From positions 9,212-73,211 of the forward strand of contig JBHIEG010000006.1 of NCBI GenBank assembly GCA_046760505.1: a stretch of 64,000 nt of DNA. Reading direction: 5' to 3'. Numbering within the stretch: the first letter of the stretch is position 1; every line of letters starts with the position of its first letter. Made by a program: the position numbers and the translations under genes. Source of the DNA: Candidatus Hydrothermarchaeota archaeon. Lineage in GTDB: Archaea; CAYFZR01. Below are positions 1-9,093 of the stretch, in pieces. A model generated the notes under the pieces. The model worked only from the letters and a program-made list of their open reading frames with translations, was not told where the DNA came from and did not search any database.

Positions 1-321
1 ATTTAGAGTTTCCCTAATCGCGAATGCTCCCTTCTTGTGGTTCTCCAATATCTCTTCAAACGTCTTTTCTAGAAAGTATTTTCTCTCTTCATAGCATATA
101 TCACAGTCTCCGGTTGTTTTTTCTCTCAAAAATGATTCAATTTTCTTTGAGATATTATCTAGTTTTTTCAAAAAATTTAAATTAAAATACTTCTTTTTGT
201 AGTTCTTTTCCAAAATTATGCTATCTTTGTCAAAATTTTCTCTTAAATATTTTAAAGCACACTTCTTGCATTCTTTCTCACTTAAAAGGGCTGAATTTTC
301 ACAACTTTCACAGCGAAACAT
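1..321 (-). CDS. Cys-rich hypothetical protein, N-terminal part only (runs off the left edge)
   Basis: ATG at 321-319, open to position 1. Translation MFRCESCENSALLSEKECKKC...GDCDICYEERKYF has paired CxxC motifs (zinc-ribbon-like). Not in the ORF track because there is no stop in the window. Confidence 0.35.
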   Translation of the reverse strand, partial: MFRCESCENSALLSEKECKKCALKYLRENFDKDSIILEKNYKKKYFNLNFLKKLDNISKKIESFLREKTTGDCDICYEERKYFLEKTFEEILENHKKGAFAIRETLN

Positions 322-847
322 TACATATACCCCAAATAATGTAGTTAAGGATCGCTAGGAGAGAGAAAGAAAGCAAAATTAATTGGAGTATCTGTTTTTT
401 ATATTTTCCATTTCTATTTCCGCAGAGCATTCTCTCAAATGTGTAGTGATAAAAAGTAATACCTGTTAAAAGACCTAGTGCAGCCAGAGATATTACTGAA
501 ACATCGATCAAAACCGGGATCGTTTTTTGTAAAGAAGTTTCCACAAAAAAATCTATTGTCATTAAACTTTCTAGGAGATATCTGTCTTTCATCAGGGTTG
601 TATAGCAGATGCATGCAAAAATGAAGAGGGAAAACAAAGGTATTGTACCGAAAAAACAGGAGATTATGTAAACCTTAAGAAAATATAAGATTAGGGAAGA
701 AGGTGGCTCTAGAATGTTTTGATTTAATATATTGGCTTTTTCTCCTGCAATTATCATTTTCCCAACCAAAAAGAACGTTAGCAGAATCAGAGCAGGGTAT
801 ATTTCATTCAAAAAGAAATTGTTTATATCAGCAACCAAATTCCTCAT
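308..847 (-). CDS. Polytopic membrane protein, unknown function
   Basis: 179-aa ORF with several long hydrophobic segments. Overlaps the neighbouring minus-strand ORFs by 14-20 nt (operon-like). Confidence 0.45.
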   Translation of the reverse strand: MRNLVADINNFFLNEIYPALILLTFFLVGKMIIAGEKANILNQNILEPPSSLILYFLKVYIISCFFGTIPLFSLFIFACICYTTLMKDRYLLESLMTIDFFVETSLQKTIPVLIDVSVISLAALGLLTGITFYHYTFERMLCGNRNGKYKKQILQLILLSFSLLAILNYIIWGICNVSL

Positions 848-1238
848 CTAGTTCCTCCAATTTCTTTTTTATGATGTTTTTGATGTCATCATTACCTAAG
901 TCTGATTTTTTCCTGATTAATTGATTGTATCTTTGGAAACCATTTAGTTCTGGAAAAGAAATATGATATGAAATGAAATCTATCTTCACCCTGCCTAATT
1001 TGAGAAACCTTAAATAAAGGCATGAAATTGTAATTATTAAAAAGTACGAGGTTGAAATTAGGAATAAATCATAAAATAAGGATAATATAACTAAAAAAGT
1101 ACCCAAAAACAAACTTACTATTGTTGAATATATTATCTGGATTTTTTTATCGAGGAAGAGAAATCTGGGATGCTGTGAAAGGATAAAATATGTGATCGAT
1201 GGAAATCCAATGAGGGGTAAAATACATTTATATTCCAT
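828..1238 (-). CDS. Membrane protein with charged C-terminal tail, unknown function
   Basis: Hydrophobic N-terminal two thirds. Start moved to ATG 1238 (MEYKC...) because the track start (GTG 1259) abuts the TATA-like TTATATAA at 1260-1267, whereas 1238 lies 21 nt downstream of it. Confidence 0.35.
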   Translation of the reverse strand: MEYKCILPLIGFPSITYFILSQHPRFLFLDKKIQIIYSTIVSLFLGTFLVILSLFYDLFLISTSYFLIITISCLYLRFLKLGRVKIDFISYHISFPELNGFQRYNQLIRKKSDLGNDDIKNIIKKKLEELDEEFGC

Positions 1239-1259
1239 GTGGGTGAAACTTACGCCCAC

Positions 1260-1267
1260 TTATATAA
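1260..1267. promoter_or_regulatory. Palindromic TATA-like box TTATATAA between divergent genes
   Basis: Only TATA-like element in the 61-nt gap between ATG 1238 (minus) and ATG 1300 (plus). It is its own reverse complement. Confidence 0.3.
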
Positions 1268-1299
1268 CACTTTGGTTTGAGTCTGACAAAGGTGTTGAG

Positions 1300-2109
1300 A
1301 TGGCATCTTATCTGATAGCATCATCCAAAGGCGGGAGTGGAAAAAGTACCTTTGCCTGTGAATTCGCATATTATTGCTCAAATATTCTGAAAAAAAGGAC
1401 TGTCTTGGTTGATGCAGATATTAAGGCATCCTGTATCAGGATGCTCTTGGGGGAAGTGTTTGATCCTTCAAGGACGCTGACTCATCTCCTAAGAGAAGAT
1501 TTAAAAAACATAGAAGATATCCTGTATACATCTAAATACGCGAATTTATCCTTAATAATGCCTTCAGAGAGAGCAGACCTCAAATTTTTTTCTAAAAATA
1601 AAAAGATGATCGATCTCCTGTACTGCCTTAAGGATATTTATGACGTGGTTATAACCGATGCACCACCGGATTTAGAACAAGTTTATAGGCTCTCTATTCC
1701 GGTAGATTCTTTAATAGGCATTATAAGACCTGATTTACAATCAATACTTCATGCACCCCAACTTGCTAGCATTCCGATCACTTTAAAACAGGTTTATAGA
1801 AGCGAATATACGGTAAGCACTGTATTTGAAGGATTTGTTGTCTCTATGTATGATTCTTCAATAAAAGAACAAAATGAGATACTTAAACTCTTGGAAGATC
1901 GTGGATATAGCTTTTTGGGGAAGATATCATTTGACAAAAACGTACAAAAGGCTCAACTAAAGAGCAAAACTCTATTAGAAATGAGGAGGAAGAGCAAAGC
2001 CGCTAAGGAGCTGGAGAGAATATTCATTGATCTTCTAAAAATAAGACCTGAAAGAAAAAAAACAATAAAAAAACTCTTCAGGAGGGAAAAAATTGATAGA
2101 AAAAGTTAG
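1300..2109 (+). CDS. ParA/MinD-family P-loop ATPase
   Basis: Deviant Walker A SSKGGSGKST, VLVDADI and VITDAPPD motifs. Start set at ATG 1300, preceded by AAGGTG plus 5 nt. The track ORF is over-extended upstream. Confidence 0.8.
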   Translation: MASYLIASSKGGSGKSTFACEFAYYCSNILKKRTVLVDADIKASCIRMLLGEVFDPSRTLTHLLREDLKNIEDILYTSKYANLSLIMPSERADLKFFSKNKKMIDLLYCLKDIYDVVITDAPPDLEQVYRLSIPVDSLIGIIRPDLQSILHAPQLASIPITLKQVYRSEYTVSTVFEGFVVSMYDSSIKEQNEILKLLEDRGYSFLGKISFDKNVQKAQLKSKTLLEMRRKSKAAKELERIFIDLLKIRPERKKTIKKLFRREKIDRKS

Positions 2110-2509
2110 GAGATTGAAAGATGCAGGGTTTACAGATGATCAGATTAGTATCATACTCAAAGAGGATGGGCTCGATGAAAAAAATATCATCAGTTTATTG
2201 AACGAGGAGAGAAGAATAAGAAGTGAAAAGAGACAAGAAAGAGAATTTGAGGAGTTACTTGAATACGCGATGGAGATTGATCCTTCATCGATCTATGTTC
2301 CATTAAACGAGAATGAAAGCCTCGATAAAGCGGTAATAAAACAAATGATAAGAAAAGAATTAGAAATCGAACTTGAAAATAAAATTAAATCTATTTGCAA
2401 GGAGGAATCAGAGATACAAGCCTCAAAGCTTTGGGAAGAAAAGATCAGACCTGCTTTAACTGAAATAATTGAAAAACTGGAGGTTGATGGCCTTGGAGGA
2501 AAAGATTAG
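2093..2509 (+). CDS. Acidic, partly coiled-coil hypothetical protein coupled to the ParA-like gene
   Basis: TTG start 6 nt after GGAGGG. Overlaps the ParA-like 3' end by 17 nt. Small helical N-terminus (RLKDAGFTDDQISIIL) followed by a Glu/Lys-rich helix. Confidence 0.5.
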   Translation: MIEKVRRLKDAGFTDDQISIILKEDGLDEKNIISLLNEERRIRSEKRQEREFEELLEYAMEIDPSSIYVPLNENESLDKAVIKQMIRKELEIELENKIKSICKEESEIQASKLWEEKIRPALTEIIEKLEVDGLGGKD

Positions 2510-2615
2510 GGAAGAACTGGCAAACCATCTTAAGTTAATAGAGTCTCTGATATCAAGGATTGATGCTCTAGAGAATACGGTTGTGGAACTGAGGAAAAAA
2601 ATCGAGGAGAAATAA
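2487..2615 (+). CDS. Possible 42-aa coiled-coil micro-protein (or a frameshifted C-terminus of the preceding ORF)
   Basis: MALEEKIREELANHLKLIESLISRIDALENTVVELRKKIEEK is a clean heptad pattern. Its TAA overlaps the next ATG (TAATG). SD spacing is poor (3 nt), so it remains uncertain. Confidence 0.3.
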   Translation: MALEEKIREELANHLKLIESLISRIDALENTVVELRKKIEEK

Positions 2616-3034
2616 TGGAAGGAATAGTTCCAAAGGTAATAATTGCCGGTATTGTTCTGATATTTGCTTTTCAAGGCTTATTTTTGGTTTCTAGTGAGTA
2701 TAAAGCGAAAAAGAATGAACAGAAAGTCTTCGAAGATTTTTCTTTTAAACTGAACATGATTTTTATGGGGGATAAGAATTCTACGGCCTTTGTTGATATA
2801 GAAATGTATGAAGGATGGAAAGATTTAAAAATAAGAGGGAATGAAATGATTTTCTTGTATCCAGATCATGTCTCAATTTATGATCTTTCATATAAAGTTT
2901 GTACCCCAGTAACGATCTCAGGAGGCATGTACAGGATAACAAATGAAGGAAATTGTTTTTCTGTAAAAAGTGGAGAAGATATCGGTGACCAGCCCGAAGA
3001 TTTACATAAAGATGTTAATGTTAATTATATTTAA
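2615..3034 (+). CDS. N-terminally membrane-anchored hypothetical protein
   Basis: GAGGAG plus 5 nt before the ATG. Single N-terminal TM helix (VIIAGIVLIFAFQGLFLV) followed by a soluble domain. Confidence 0.5.
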   Translation: MEGIVPKVIIAGIVLIFAFQGLFLVSSEYKAKKNEQKVFEDFSFKLNMIFMGDKNSTAFVDIEMYEGWKDLKIRGNEMIFLYPDHVSIYDLSYKVCTPVTISGGMYRITNEGNCFSVKSGEDIGDQPEDLHKDVNVNYI

Positions 3035-3150
3035 AGCTTTTGTTTCATAAATATTTAAAAATTTAGGGAAAATTAATGGAAAATAATAATATTTTTAGCA
3101 TTTTTTATTTAAACAAAAAATATTTCCAAAATGGTTTTAACATAAATATG

Positions 3151-4314
3151 TTAAACTATTTCCCTGATCAGCTTTAGGAGATCCGGGTGTCTTATAACCG
3201 TTTTTATTATTTCCTTCTTGCTTTTTGGAAGATCTTTTTCTGAAAGGGCTTCAGCAATAATATTTAGCCCTTCGTCGGATAACTTCTCGATCGACTGCTT
3301 TATTCTCAAGGATCTCTCCATGTTTTTTCCTATAGTTTTATACCATTCCTCTTGGTATCTTGAGAGAAATTTCTCGGAAGTATCGTTATTTTCTATTGCC
3401 TCAGAGGCAACTTTTCCCGCTATTTTACCGCAAGTCATAGAAGAGTAAATTCCTCCCCCTGTTAGGGGATCTATTTGTCCTGCTGCGTCTCCAACTATCA
3501 AAGCTCTCTCTGTATAGGTCTTTTCTAAAGGACCTGAAACAGGGGTTCCTCCAACGTTTAACTCTATTGGAACTCCTTTTTTTAGATTTTCATGGGAATC
3601 AATAAATCTCCTTAAATAATTCAGTGCAATCGTATTACTCTTTCTTACACCGAGCCCTACGTTAGCAACATCGTTTCCCTTTGGGAATATCCATGCATAT
3701 CCTCCCGGGGCAATTTTATTTCCAAAGTAGAAGTATAAGATGTTTGGATCTTCTAAATCTACTCCTACCATCTCAAATTGTACATTAGATGTCATATCTC
3801 GAAGTTTGCTTGTGTCAATACCCAGCCATCTAGCAACCTTAGATTCAACGCCGTCTGCTCCGATTACCATCTTGGTCTCTATTTCTAGGGGCTCTCCGAA
3901 ATGAGAGGCTTTCACTCTCAGGCAGTTGTTTTTATATTCTATTCCCAGAGCGGCTGTTTTTACCATTAATTCAGATCCCGCTCTCACCGCGAGGCTTGCA
4001 AGATATTTGTCGAATATTTTTCTCTCCAAGACGAAACCCTGTGTCTCCTTCCATACTCTGCTTATTCTTTTTCCGTTCGGCGCGTGTAGATAAAATCCTT
4101 TAATTTCCGAGCAGATCCATCTTTTTTCTATTGGTATCTCTAATCTTCTGAATGTGTTTATGCTTGTTCCTTCTGCGCATCTTTTTGGAGCGCCAATTTC
4201 CTGCCTTTTTTCCATTAGCAGTACGTTTAATCCCTGTTCTGCAATCGTCTTGGCAGAGATAGAGCCCCCAGGACCCGCACCGATTACTACTACGTCATAT
4301 TCTCTATTTTCCAT
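3151..4314 (-). CDS. Geranylgeranyl reductase family flavoprotein (digeranylgeranylglycerophospholipid reductase-like)
   Basis: FAD fold YDVVVIGAGPGGS..., RCAEG and GDAAG motifs. Start set at MENREYDVV (ATG 4314, GGGGT plus 6 nt). The track's upstream 27 codons overlap a ferredoxin gene in another frame. Confidence 0.85.
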   Translation of the reverse strand: MENREYDVVVIGAGPGGSISAKTIAEQGLNVLLMEKRQEIGAPKRCAEGTSINTFRRLEIPIEKRWICSEIKGFYLHAPNGKRISRVWKETQGFVLERKIFDKYLASLAVRAGSELMVKTAALGIEYKNNCLRVKASHFGEPLEIETKMVIGADGVESKVARWLGIDTSKLRDMTSNVQFEMVGVDLEDPNILYFYFGNKIAPGGYAWIFPKGNDVANVGLGVRKSNTIALNYLRRFIDSHENLKKGVPIELNVGGTPVSGPLEKTYTERALIVGDAAGQIDPLTGGGIYSSMTCGKIAGKVASEAIENNDTSEKFLSRYQEEWYKTIGKNMERSLRIKQSIEKLSDEGLNIIAEALSEKDLPKSKKEIIKTVIRHPDLLKLIREIV

Positions 4315-4318
4315 GCGA

Positions 4319-4486
4319 TTACCCCAGAGATATTGCTCCGACAGGACAGATTTTTTCGCATATAGCACATTCTTTACAATCTTCTTCATCGACAACCACG
4401 AAGGTTTCTACCAACTCAAGAGCAAGATATGGGCATACTCCTACGCATGCTCCACAGTAACAGCATTTTCTCCTGTTAACATTCAC
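4319..4486 (-). CDS. 2x[4Fe-4S] ferredoxin, 55 aa (absent from ORF track)
   Basis: VNVNRRKCCYCGACVGVCP...DCKECAICEKICPVGAISLG carries two CxxCxxCxxxCP motifs. GTG start 6 nt after GAGGTG. TAA stop lies 4 nt before the reductase ATG. Confidence 0.75.
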   Translation of the reverse strand: MNVNRRKCCYCGACVGVCPYLALELVETFVVVDEEDCKECAICEKICPVGAISLG

Positions 4487-4496
4487 CTCTAACACC

Positions 4497-5018
4497 TCAG
4501 AATGTTCTGATGAATACCATAGAGAATATATTTGTGGTTGCGTGCGCCACTATTGGAGTAACTATGTTCTTTTTCCACTCAAAGAGTAAACCAAGTATCA
4601 AACCTAAAAAAGTTGCGCCTATAACTTGAGGAACGTTAAAGTACCCGAACCAATGTACCAATCCAAAGAGCAATGAGGCTGGAAACAGCCCGATCTTGGG
4701 CTGTAAAAACCCCCTGAATAAGAGCTCTTCTGAGGGAGCTACCACAAAAATATTGAGGAAAAATATATCCATCAATCCCAGTTTCTTAGATAGCTCAACC
4801 GCGATTTGGTTCCTGAATCCTACTTTATCCAGAGATATGGAAAGTAAAGCAAGAGGTATTCCTGCGGCTAGGCCCAAAATAATACAGGAAAGCATATTCT
4901 CCCTTGTTATTCCGATTAATCTTGGATTTTTCGTGTAAAGAATATATATAATCGGCGGAACCAGAAGAATAGCAGCCTGTAGTATCAGTGCTTGGACTAT
5001 CACTTCTCTTGAGAGCAT
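4497..5018 (-). CDS. CPBP (CAAX/Abi) family intramembrane metalloprotease
   Basis: EELLFRGFLQ, FGLVHW and HATTN motifs in a polytopic protein. Confidence 0.8.
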   Translation of the reverse strand: MLSREVIVQALILQAAILLVPPIIYILYTKNPRLIGITRENMLSCIILGLAAGIPLALLSISLDKVGFRNQIAVELSKKLGLMDIFFLNIFVVAPSEELLFRGFLQPKIGLFPASLLFGLVHWFGYFNVPQVIGATFLGLILGLLFEWKKNIVTPIVAHATTNIFSMVFIRTF

Positions 5019-6244
5019 TACTCAAACTCCATCAAACTCTTCTGAGCCTCACCGTAGAACTGGACATCAACTACCTGATTGAAAAATATCTTACCGTACT
5101 CTCCTCCCCCTCCAGGGTAGATAGAGAATTTGCCTGTCCTAAAAGCCTCTATACATTCTCCTATTCTTTCATCTGTGACCTTCTTCAATTCTTCTATCGG
5201 AACGTCTATCAAAACAGAGATTTCGGTTTGAAATGTTTCTATGAGTAGTCTCCACTGCCTTTGAACTTCATTCACATAGGGATTAGAGTATCCTAGTGCT
5301 ATTTGGATTACTTCCGCAAGAGGAGGTATGTAGTGGTAGGGTGGCCTATCTGGAGGATGCTTGGGTTCAAACCAATCTGCCAACTCATTTATTCTGTCTT
5401 CCACACCTTTTTTTATTAAGCCTTTGCACTTTGGGCACTTCATATTAAATTTTAAAGCGTCTTTAAGCCTAAATCTTTGTTTACACCTTGAACAAGCCGT
5501 CAAATGATACTTGCCCAAACGAGGATCGAATCCATAGTTGGCGAGAATCCCCTTACCGCTCCTTAAAATTTTTCTAATGGAATCGAATGAATACTCTTTC
5601 AGGTTAAATCTATTGAATTCTCTTCCTATTCTATGTGGCCAGGGGCTGTGAGCATCTGAGTTTGTCAAAAAAACCTTATTTTGCAATTCTTTTAATCTAT
5701 CCGCCATTTTTGTATCGGCTGAAAGACCCAACTCTATGAAGTGCACATTCTTCAAGCCTTCTCCATAACAGTGAGATATAGAATTAAATTCTTTATAGAT
5801 AGATGTCCATGGTGTGAAGGCATGGCAAGGTCCAACAATTCCGTCTACGGCTTTTACAATGTCAACTAGGTCTTCTGCATTGATATTTATTCGTGGTCTA
5901 CCATCGTGATCCAAGCTGTTACAGTATTTAGTCAGAATGGACCGCAGTTCATCAACAGAATTGAGATCTGGGAGCAATATTAAATGATGTACTCTGTTGA
6001 TGTCTTCAATTTCTACCGTTAATATGAATTTGGTTTTATACCTGGGATGCTGGTATATTCCATTTCCTACGGGAAAGAGAGTTTCTTTGAATTCGCTGAG
6101 CCAGGAACTGTGTAATATATCTCCGCTACCCAAGAGATCGAGACCTTTTAATTCAGCCTGCTCTGCTAGATTGACAAAATTCATTTCCTTAGAGGTGGCA
6201 CCCGAGAATTTACCATGAATGTGAAGATCTGCGTTTACTCTCAT
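5018..6244 (-). CDS. endoQ: Endonuclease Q-like PHP-domain nuclease with internal zinc finger
   Basis: N-terminal MRVNADLHIHGKFSGATS (PHP metal site) and CSRCKQRF...CPKCKG zinc finger. Length about 408 aa. Start at ATG 6244 after GGGTGA plus 4 nt. Confidence 0.7.
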   Translation of the reverse strand: MRVNADLHIHGKFSGATSKEMNFVNLAEQAELKGLDLLGSGDILHSSWLSEFKETLFPVGNGIYQHPRYKTKFILTVEIEDINRVHHLILLPDLNSVDELRSILTKYCNSLDHDGRPRININAEDLVDIVKAVDGIVGPCHAFTPWTSIYKEFNSISHCYGEGLKNVHFIELGLSADTKMADRLKELQNKVFLTNSDAHSPWPHRIGREFNRFNLKEYSFDSIRKILRSGKGILANYGFDPRLGKYHLTACSRCKQRFRLKDALKFNMKCPKCKGLIKKGVEDRINELADWFEPKHPPDRPPYHYIPPLAEVIQIALGYSNPYVNEVQRQWRLLIETFQTEISVLIDVPIEELKKVTDERIGECIEAFRTGKFSIYPGGGGEYGKIFFNQVVDVQFYGEAQKSLMEFE

Positions 6245-6248
6245 CGAT

Positions 6249-7028
6249 TCACCCAATGTAACGGAGATCTTCGTCGGTCTCTATTTCTTTGTGTGCGGCT
6301 TCGAGTGCCTTTTTTTGCATCTCGTATATTCGAGATAGTGTTTTTTCAGCCTCTCTTGCCCTGTTTTCGAGTTCTTCCAGACCTATCTCTATATTAAGGA
6401 TTTTGGTCAGTACCTCTAAAACTGCTTTAGCAGACTTTGCATCTACCAAGTAGCCAGATGTCTCGCCCATCAAGCATACGCCATTCATTCCTCTAAGTTT
6501 GCCAATGCCAAGAAGGAGGCCAGAAGCCCCTACTATACCGCCTCTTTCGTCCTCACTTTTGAAGTTGATACCGTATTTTTCCATCTCCGCTATCAAAGAG
6601 AGATCTGTTGCGGCGCCAAATACCCTTGGCTTTTTTACAATCCTCCCTGTACCATAGCCTCCTAGAGTGAATATTTGCTTTGTATTATATTTTTCAACTA
6701 GATCTAGAATCTTGGTTACGATATCATATTGGCCCTGAGGGGTAAGTCCTTGAGTATTTCCAACGACGAAGATAAGATCTGGATGGCTACCTCCTCCTTG
6801 GTAGTAGTAGAATTCATTGGACATCATTTCTATGGTGCCATCTTCCTTCACCAGAACTTGAGGCGGAAAATCTGGCGAAAAGAGTTCTGCAAACTTCTTT
6901 GCTTTGATTTCGTTTATCATGTGTTCTGCAGCTAGTTTTCCAACGTGTCCTATTCCGGGCAAACCCTCTATCAATATTGGATCTTTCAACTTTGGTTCGT
7001 AATATACCTTAATTATTGCCTCTTTCAT
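6249..7028 (-). CDS. Proteasome assembly chaperone (PAC2/PbaA-like) family protein
   Basis: [21 protein letters not shown]-terminal signature and acidic C-terminal tail. Confidence 0.65.
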   Translation of the reverse strand: MKEAIIKVYYEPKLKDPILIEGLPGIGHVGKLAAEHMINEIKAKKFAELFSPDFPPQVLVKEDGTIEMMSNEFYYYQGGGSHPDLIFVVGNTQGLTPQGQYDIVTKILDLVEKYNTKQIFTLGGYGTGRIVKKPRVFGAATDLSLIAEMEKYGINFKSEDERGGIVGASGLLLGIGKLRGMNGVCLMGETSGYLVDAKSAKAVLEVLTKILNIEIGLEELENRAREAEKTLSRIYEMQKKALEAAHKEIETDEDLRYIG

Positions 7029-7188
7029 ACCAATCGCTTTCCTTTTTTAGTCTTCTTCTATACTTCCCATACGGGTCCTCTGGTGAGAATCTTGGAGGAT
7101 GGGGGTTAGATGTTTCTTGGTTGCAGACAGGACATTTTTCCATTAGTGTATATGTATTACACCTCTTACACTTCTTTAGCAACTTCAT
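7009..7188 (-). CDS. nop10: H/ACA RNP protein Nop10, 59 aa (absent from ORF track)
   Basis: [48 protein letters not shown] has the zinc ribbon plus the PPRFSPED motif. Overlaps the PAC2 start by 20 nt. Confidence 0.85.
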   Translation of the reverse strand: MKLLKKCKRCNTYTLMEKCPVCNQETSNPHPPRFSPEDPYGKYRRRLKKESDWYERGNN

Positions 7189-7191
7189 ACT

Positions 7192-7989
7192 TTAATCCTT
7201 CTCTCTCAAAAATTCTCCCTTTCCACCAAGACTTTCTATTATATTTATTGCCTCCTTTGCTACACTGCTCAACGAATTCTCGGCTATTTTATAATCGGGC
7301 GCTGTTATCACTATTTTATACTTTGGTGCCCCTACATAGTATATATCTACATTTACTTCCTCATCATTGTATTTGTCTCTGGCATGGATCAATGCCTCTT
7401 TGATGTCATCGATTCCTCTTGGCCTAGGAGAGGAGAGCTTCAGAGTGCCAGATATCTTTACATGAGGGGGCTCGATATTCTCTCTGGCAATCTTTACTAG
7501 ATTGTCCTTCCAATCTTTTGATATTTTGAGGTTTAAGAAGGCGTCATAACCAGAAATCGCTATTTCTTCCAATGCAGTATAAAGGTCATCATATTCATTC
7601 ATCAGCGGATATCCTACTTCTCTGTAACCTGTTTCTAAATCCTTTCCAAGAAGATTAGCAACGTATTCCAGCAGTTTTTCAGCTTTCTGTTCTCTTTTCC
7701 ATTCTTGAATCTTTTCCTGCCTCTGTCTTTCTGTTATCCTCTTCAGAGAGAGATCTATGTGGCCTTTTGAAGGATCTACGTTGAGAACTTGGGCCACAAC
7801 TTTTTGCCCTTCCCTTACGTGATCCCTGATATTCTTTACCCAGCCTGATGAAACTTCTGAAATATGAATTAGCCCGGACTTTCTTTCGTATTCATCCAGT
7901 TCTACAAAAGCTCCGAAGTTTGCTACTCTAGTTACGGTTGCGATTACTAATTCACCTTCTTCTGGCCATTTGTACTTTTTTCTAACCAT
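7192..7989 (-). CDS. eif2a: Translation initiation factor aIF2 alpha subunit
   Basis: S1 domain (GELVIATVTRVANFGAFVELDEY...GLIHISEV). ATG 7989 lies 7 nt after the GGAG core. Confidence 0.9.
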   Translation of the reverse strand: MVRKKYKWPEEGELVIATVTRVANFGAFVELDEYERKSGLIHISEVSSGWVKNIRDHVREGQKVVAQVLNVDPSKGHIDLSLKRITERQRQEKIQEWKREQKAEKLLEYVANLLGKDLETGYREVGYPLMNEYDDLYTALEEIAISGYDAFLNLKISKDWKDNLVKIARENIEPPHVKISGTLKLSSPRPRGIDDIKEALIHARDKYNDEEVNVDIYYVGAPKYKIVITAPDYKIAENSLSSVAKEAINIIESLGGKGEFLREKD

Positions 7990-7993
7990 GTTT

Positions 7994-8179
7994 TCACTCC
8001 AATATTTCAATGACCTTGGTTTTTACCTCTGCTTTTCCTCCCGTGGGTTCAGCCAATACCTTGTTGCAGATTATGCACCTTATCAGGGTGCTGGCGCAAC
8101 CGAATATTACCTGCTCATTACCACAGTCCATGCACTTTACCCTTAAGAACCTGCTCTTCGGTTTTGGTATGACCTCCAT
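7994..8179 (-). CDS. rps27e: Ribosomal protein S27e
   Basis: [33 protein letters not shown] zinc ribbon. ATG 8179 follows AAGGTG plus 6 nt. The track ORF is over-extended into rpl44e. Confidence 0.9.
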   Translation of the reverse strand: MEVIPKPKSRFLRVKCMDCGNEQVIFGCASTLIRCIICNKVLAEPTGGKAEVKTKVIEILE

Positions 8180-8189
8180 CTTTGACACC

Positions 8190-8468
8190 TTAGTCCACGA
8201 GTTCCAGTCTCTTTGTCCTGAACCCCTCCCTCGTATGGGCTTTTCCACATTCCTTGCACCTGTACCTCAAACTAACTTTTTTCGTTGGTTTTTCTCCAGA
8301 TGGCAAGGCTCTCGGAAATCCTCCATATCCGCTCATCACTCTTCTGAACTGCCTTTGGCCCCACTTTAATTCACTTGCCTTTCTCTTCTTTACCTGTTCA
8401 ATTTCATGAATTGTGTGTTTTTTACAGTAGGGACAGTGTGTACGTCTTGATTTCGGCATCTTAACCAT
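8190..8468 (-). CDS. rpl44e: Ribosomal protein L44e
   Basis: [19 protein letters not shown]...[11 protein letters not shown]. Confidence 0.9.
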   Translation of the reverse strand: MVKMPKSRRTHCPYCKKHTIHEIEQVKKRKASELKWGQRQFRRVMSGYGGFPRALPSGEKPTKKVSLRYRCKECGKAHTREGFRTKRLELVD

Positions 8469-8472
8469 GTTT

Positions 8473-9093
8473 TCACCTCAACTTTATCTCTTCTGCTAAG
8501 CCTCTTTTGATGAGGGGTTCTGCATTAGATAATGGTAATATTGCTATGTCCTCTGGTTTAAACTCCCCGTACGTTTTGCCATCTATACCCACTATTTGAG
8601 GTATGTATTCAAGCACACGAATCGCGACCTTTGGGATAGCAGATAAATTTTCGTTTTCTTCCTTTAAATCTTTCTCTGAGCTTTCTTCTTTTATTTCCTC
8701 AGGTTTTGTATACCCTTCGAAGATTTTCCTGCGGTGAATTTTTAGGTTTTTAACAATCTCCCTATATATCTCCTTTTCTTCCGGAGTCATGCTGGATACA
8801 TCGGATTCTTCGACTCCACCCCTCACATCTGCTAGTGCCTTGAAGAGTATCTTACGTTCTCTTTGCTCATATATATCTTTTATTATTTTTTTTGCGTTTC
8901 TGAGTTCGTCCTCTAGCATCTCGGTTTCTACTGTTAGATTTCCTTCCTTTATCCTTTTAGAATATTCATCAGACAAATTTTTTATGTACTCCATAGCGAG
9001 CCTATAAAATTCCGGTGGTAAGGTGTATAGCCTTCTGGATTCTTTTTCCCTAGTTTTCAACTCCCTTAGCTTAATTATTTCCATTTTTTTCAT
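8473..9093 (-). CDS. Probable GINS subunit (Gins51/15-type)
   Basis: About 200-aa helical protein directly upstream of and overlapping priS, the conserved archaeal gins51-priS arrangement. The sequence alone is not diagnostic to my eye. Confidence 0.5.
   Translation of the reverse strand: MKKMEIIKLRELKTREKESRRLYTLPPEFYRLAMEYIKNLSDEYSKRIKEGNLTVETEMLEDELRNAKKIIKDIYEQRERKILFKALADVRGGVEESDVSSMTPEEKEIYREIVKNLKIHRRKIFEGYTKPEEIKEESSEKDLKEENENLSAIPKVAIRVLEYIPQIVGIDGKTYGEFKPEDIAILPLSNAEPLIKRGLAEEIKLR

Noticed and set aside
4315-4395. N-terminal 27-codon extension of the geranylgeranyl reductase ORF (MSMKKIVKNVLYAKK...)
   Set aside because: It overlaps a perfect ferredoxin gene in another frame. The FAD-binding fold begins right after Met 4314, which has its own SD.
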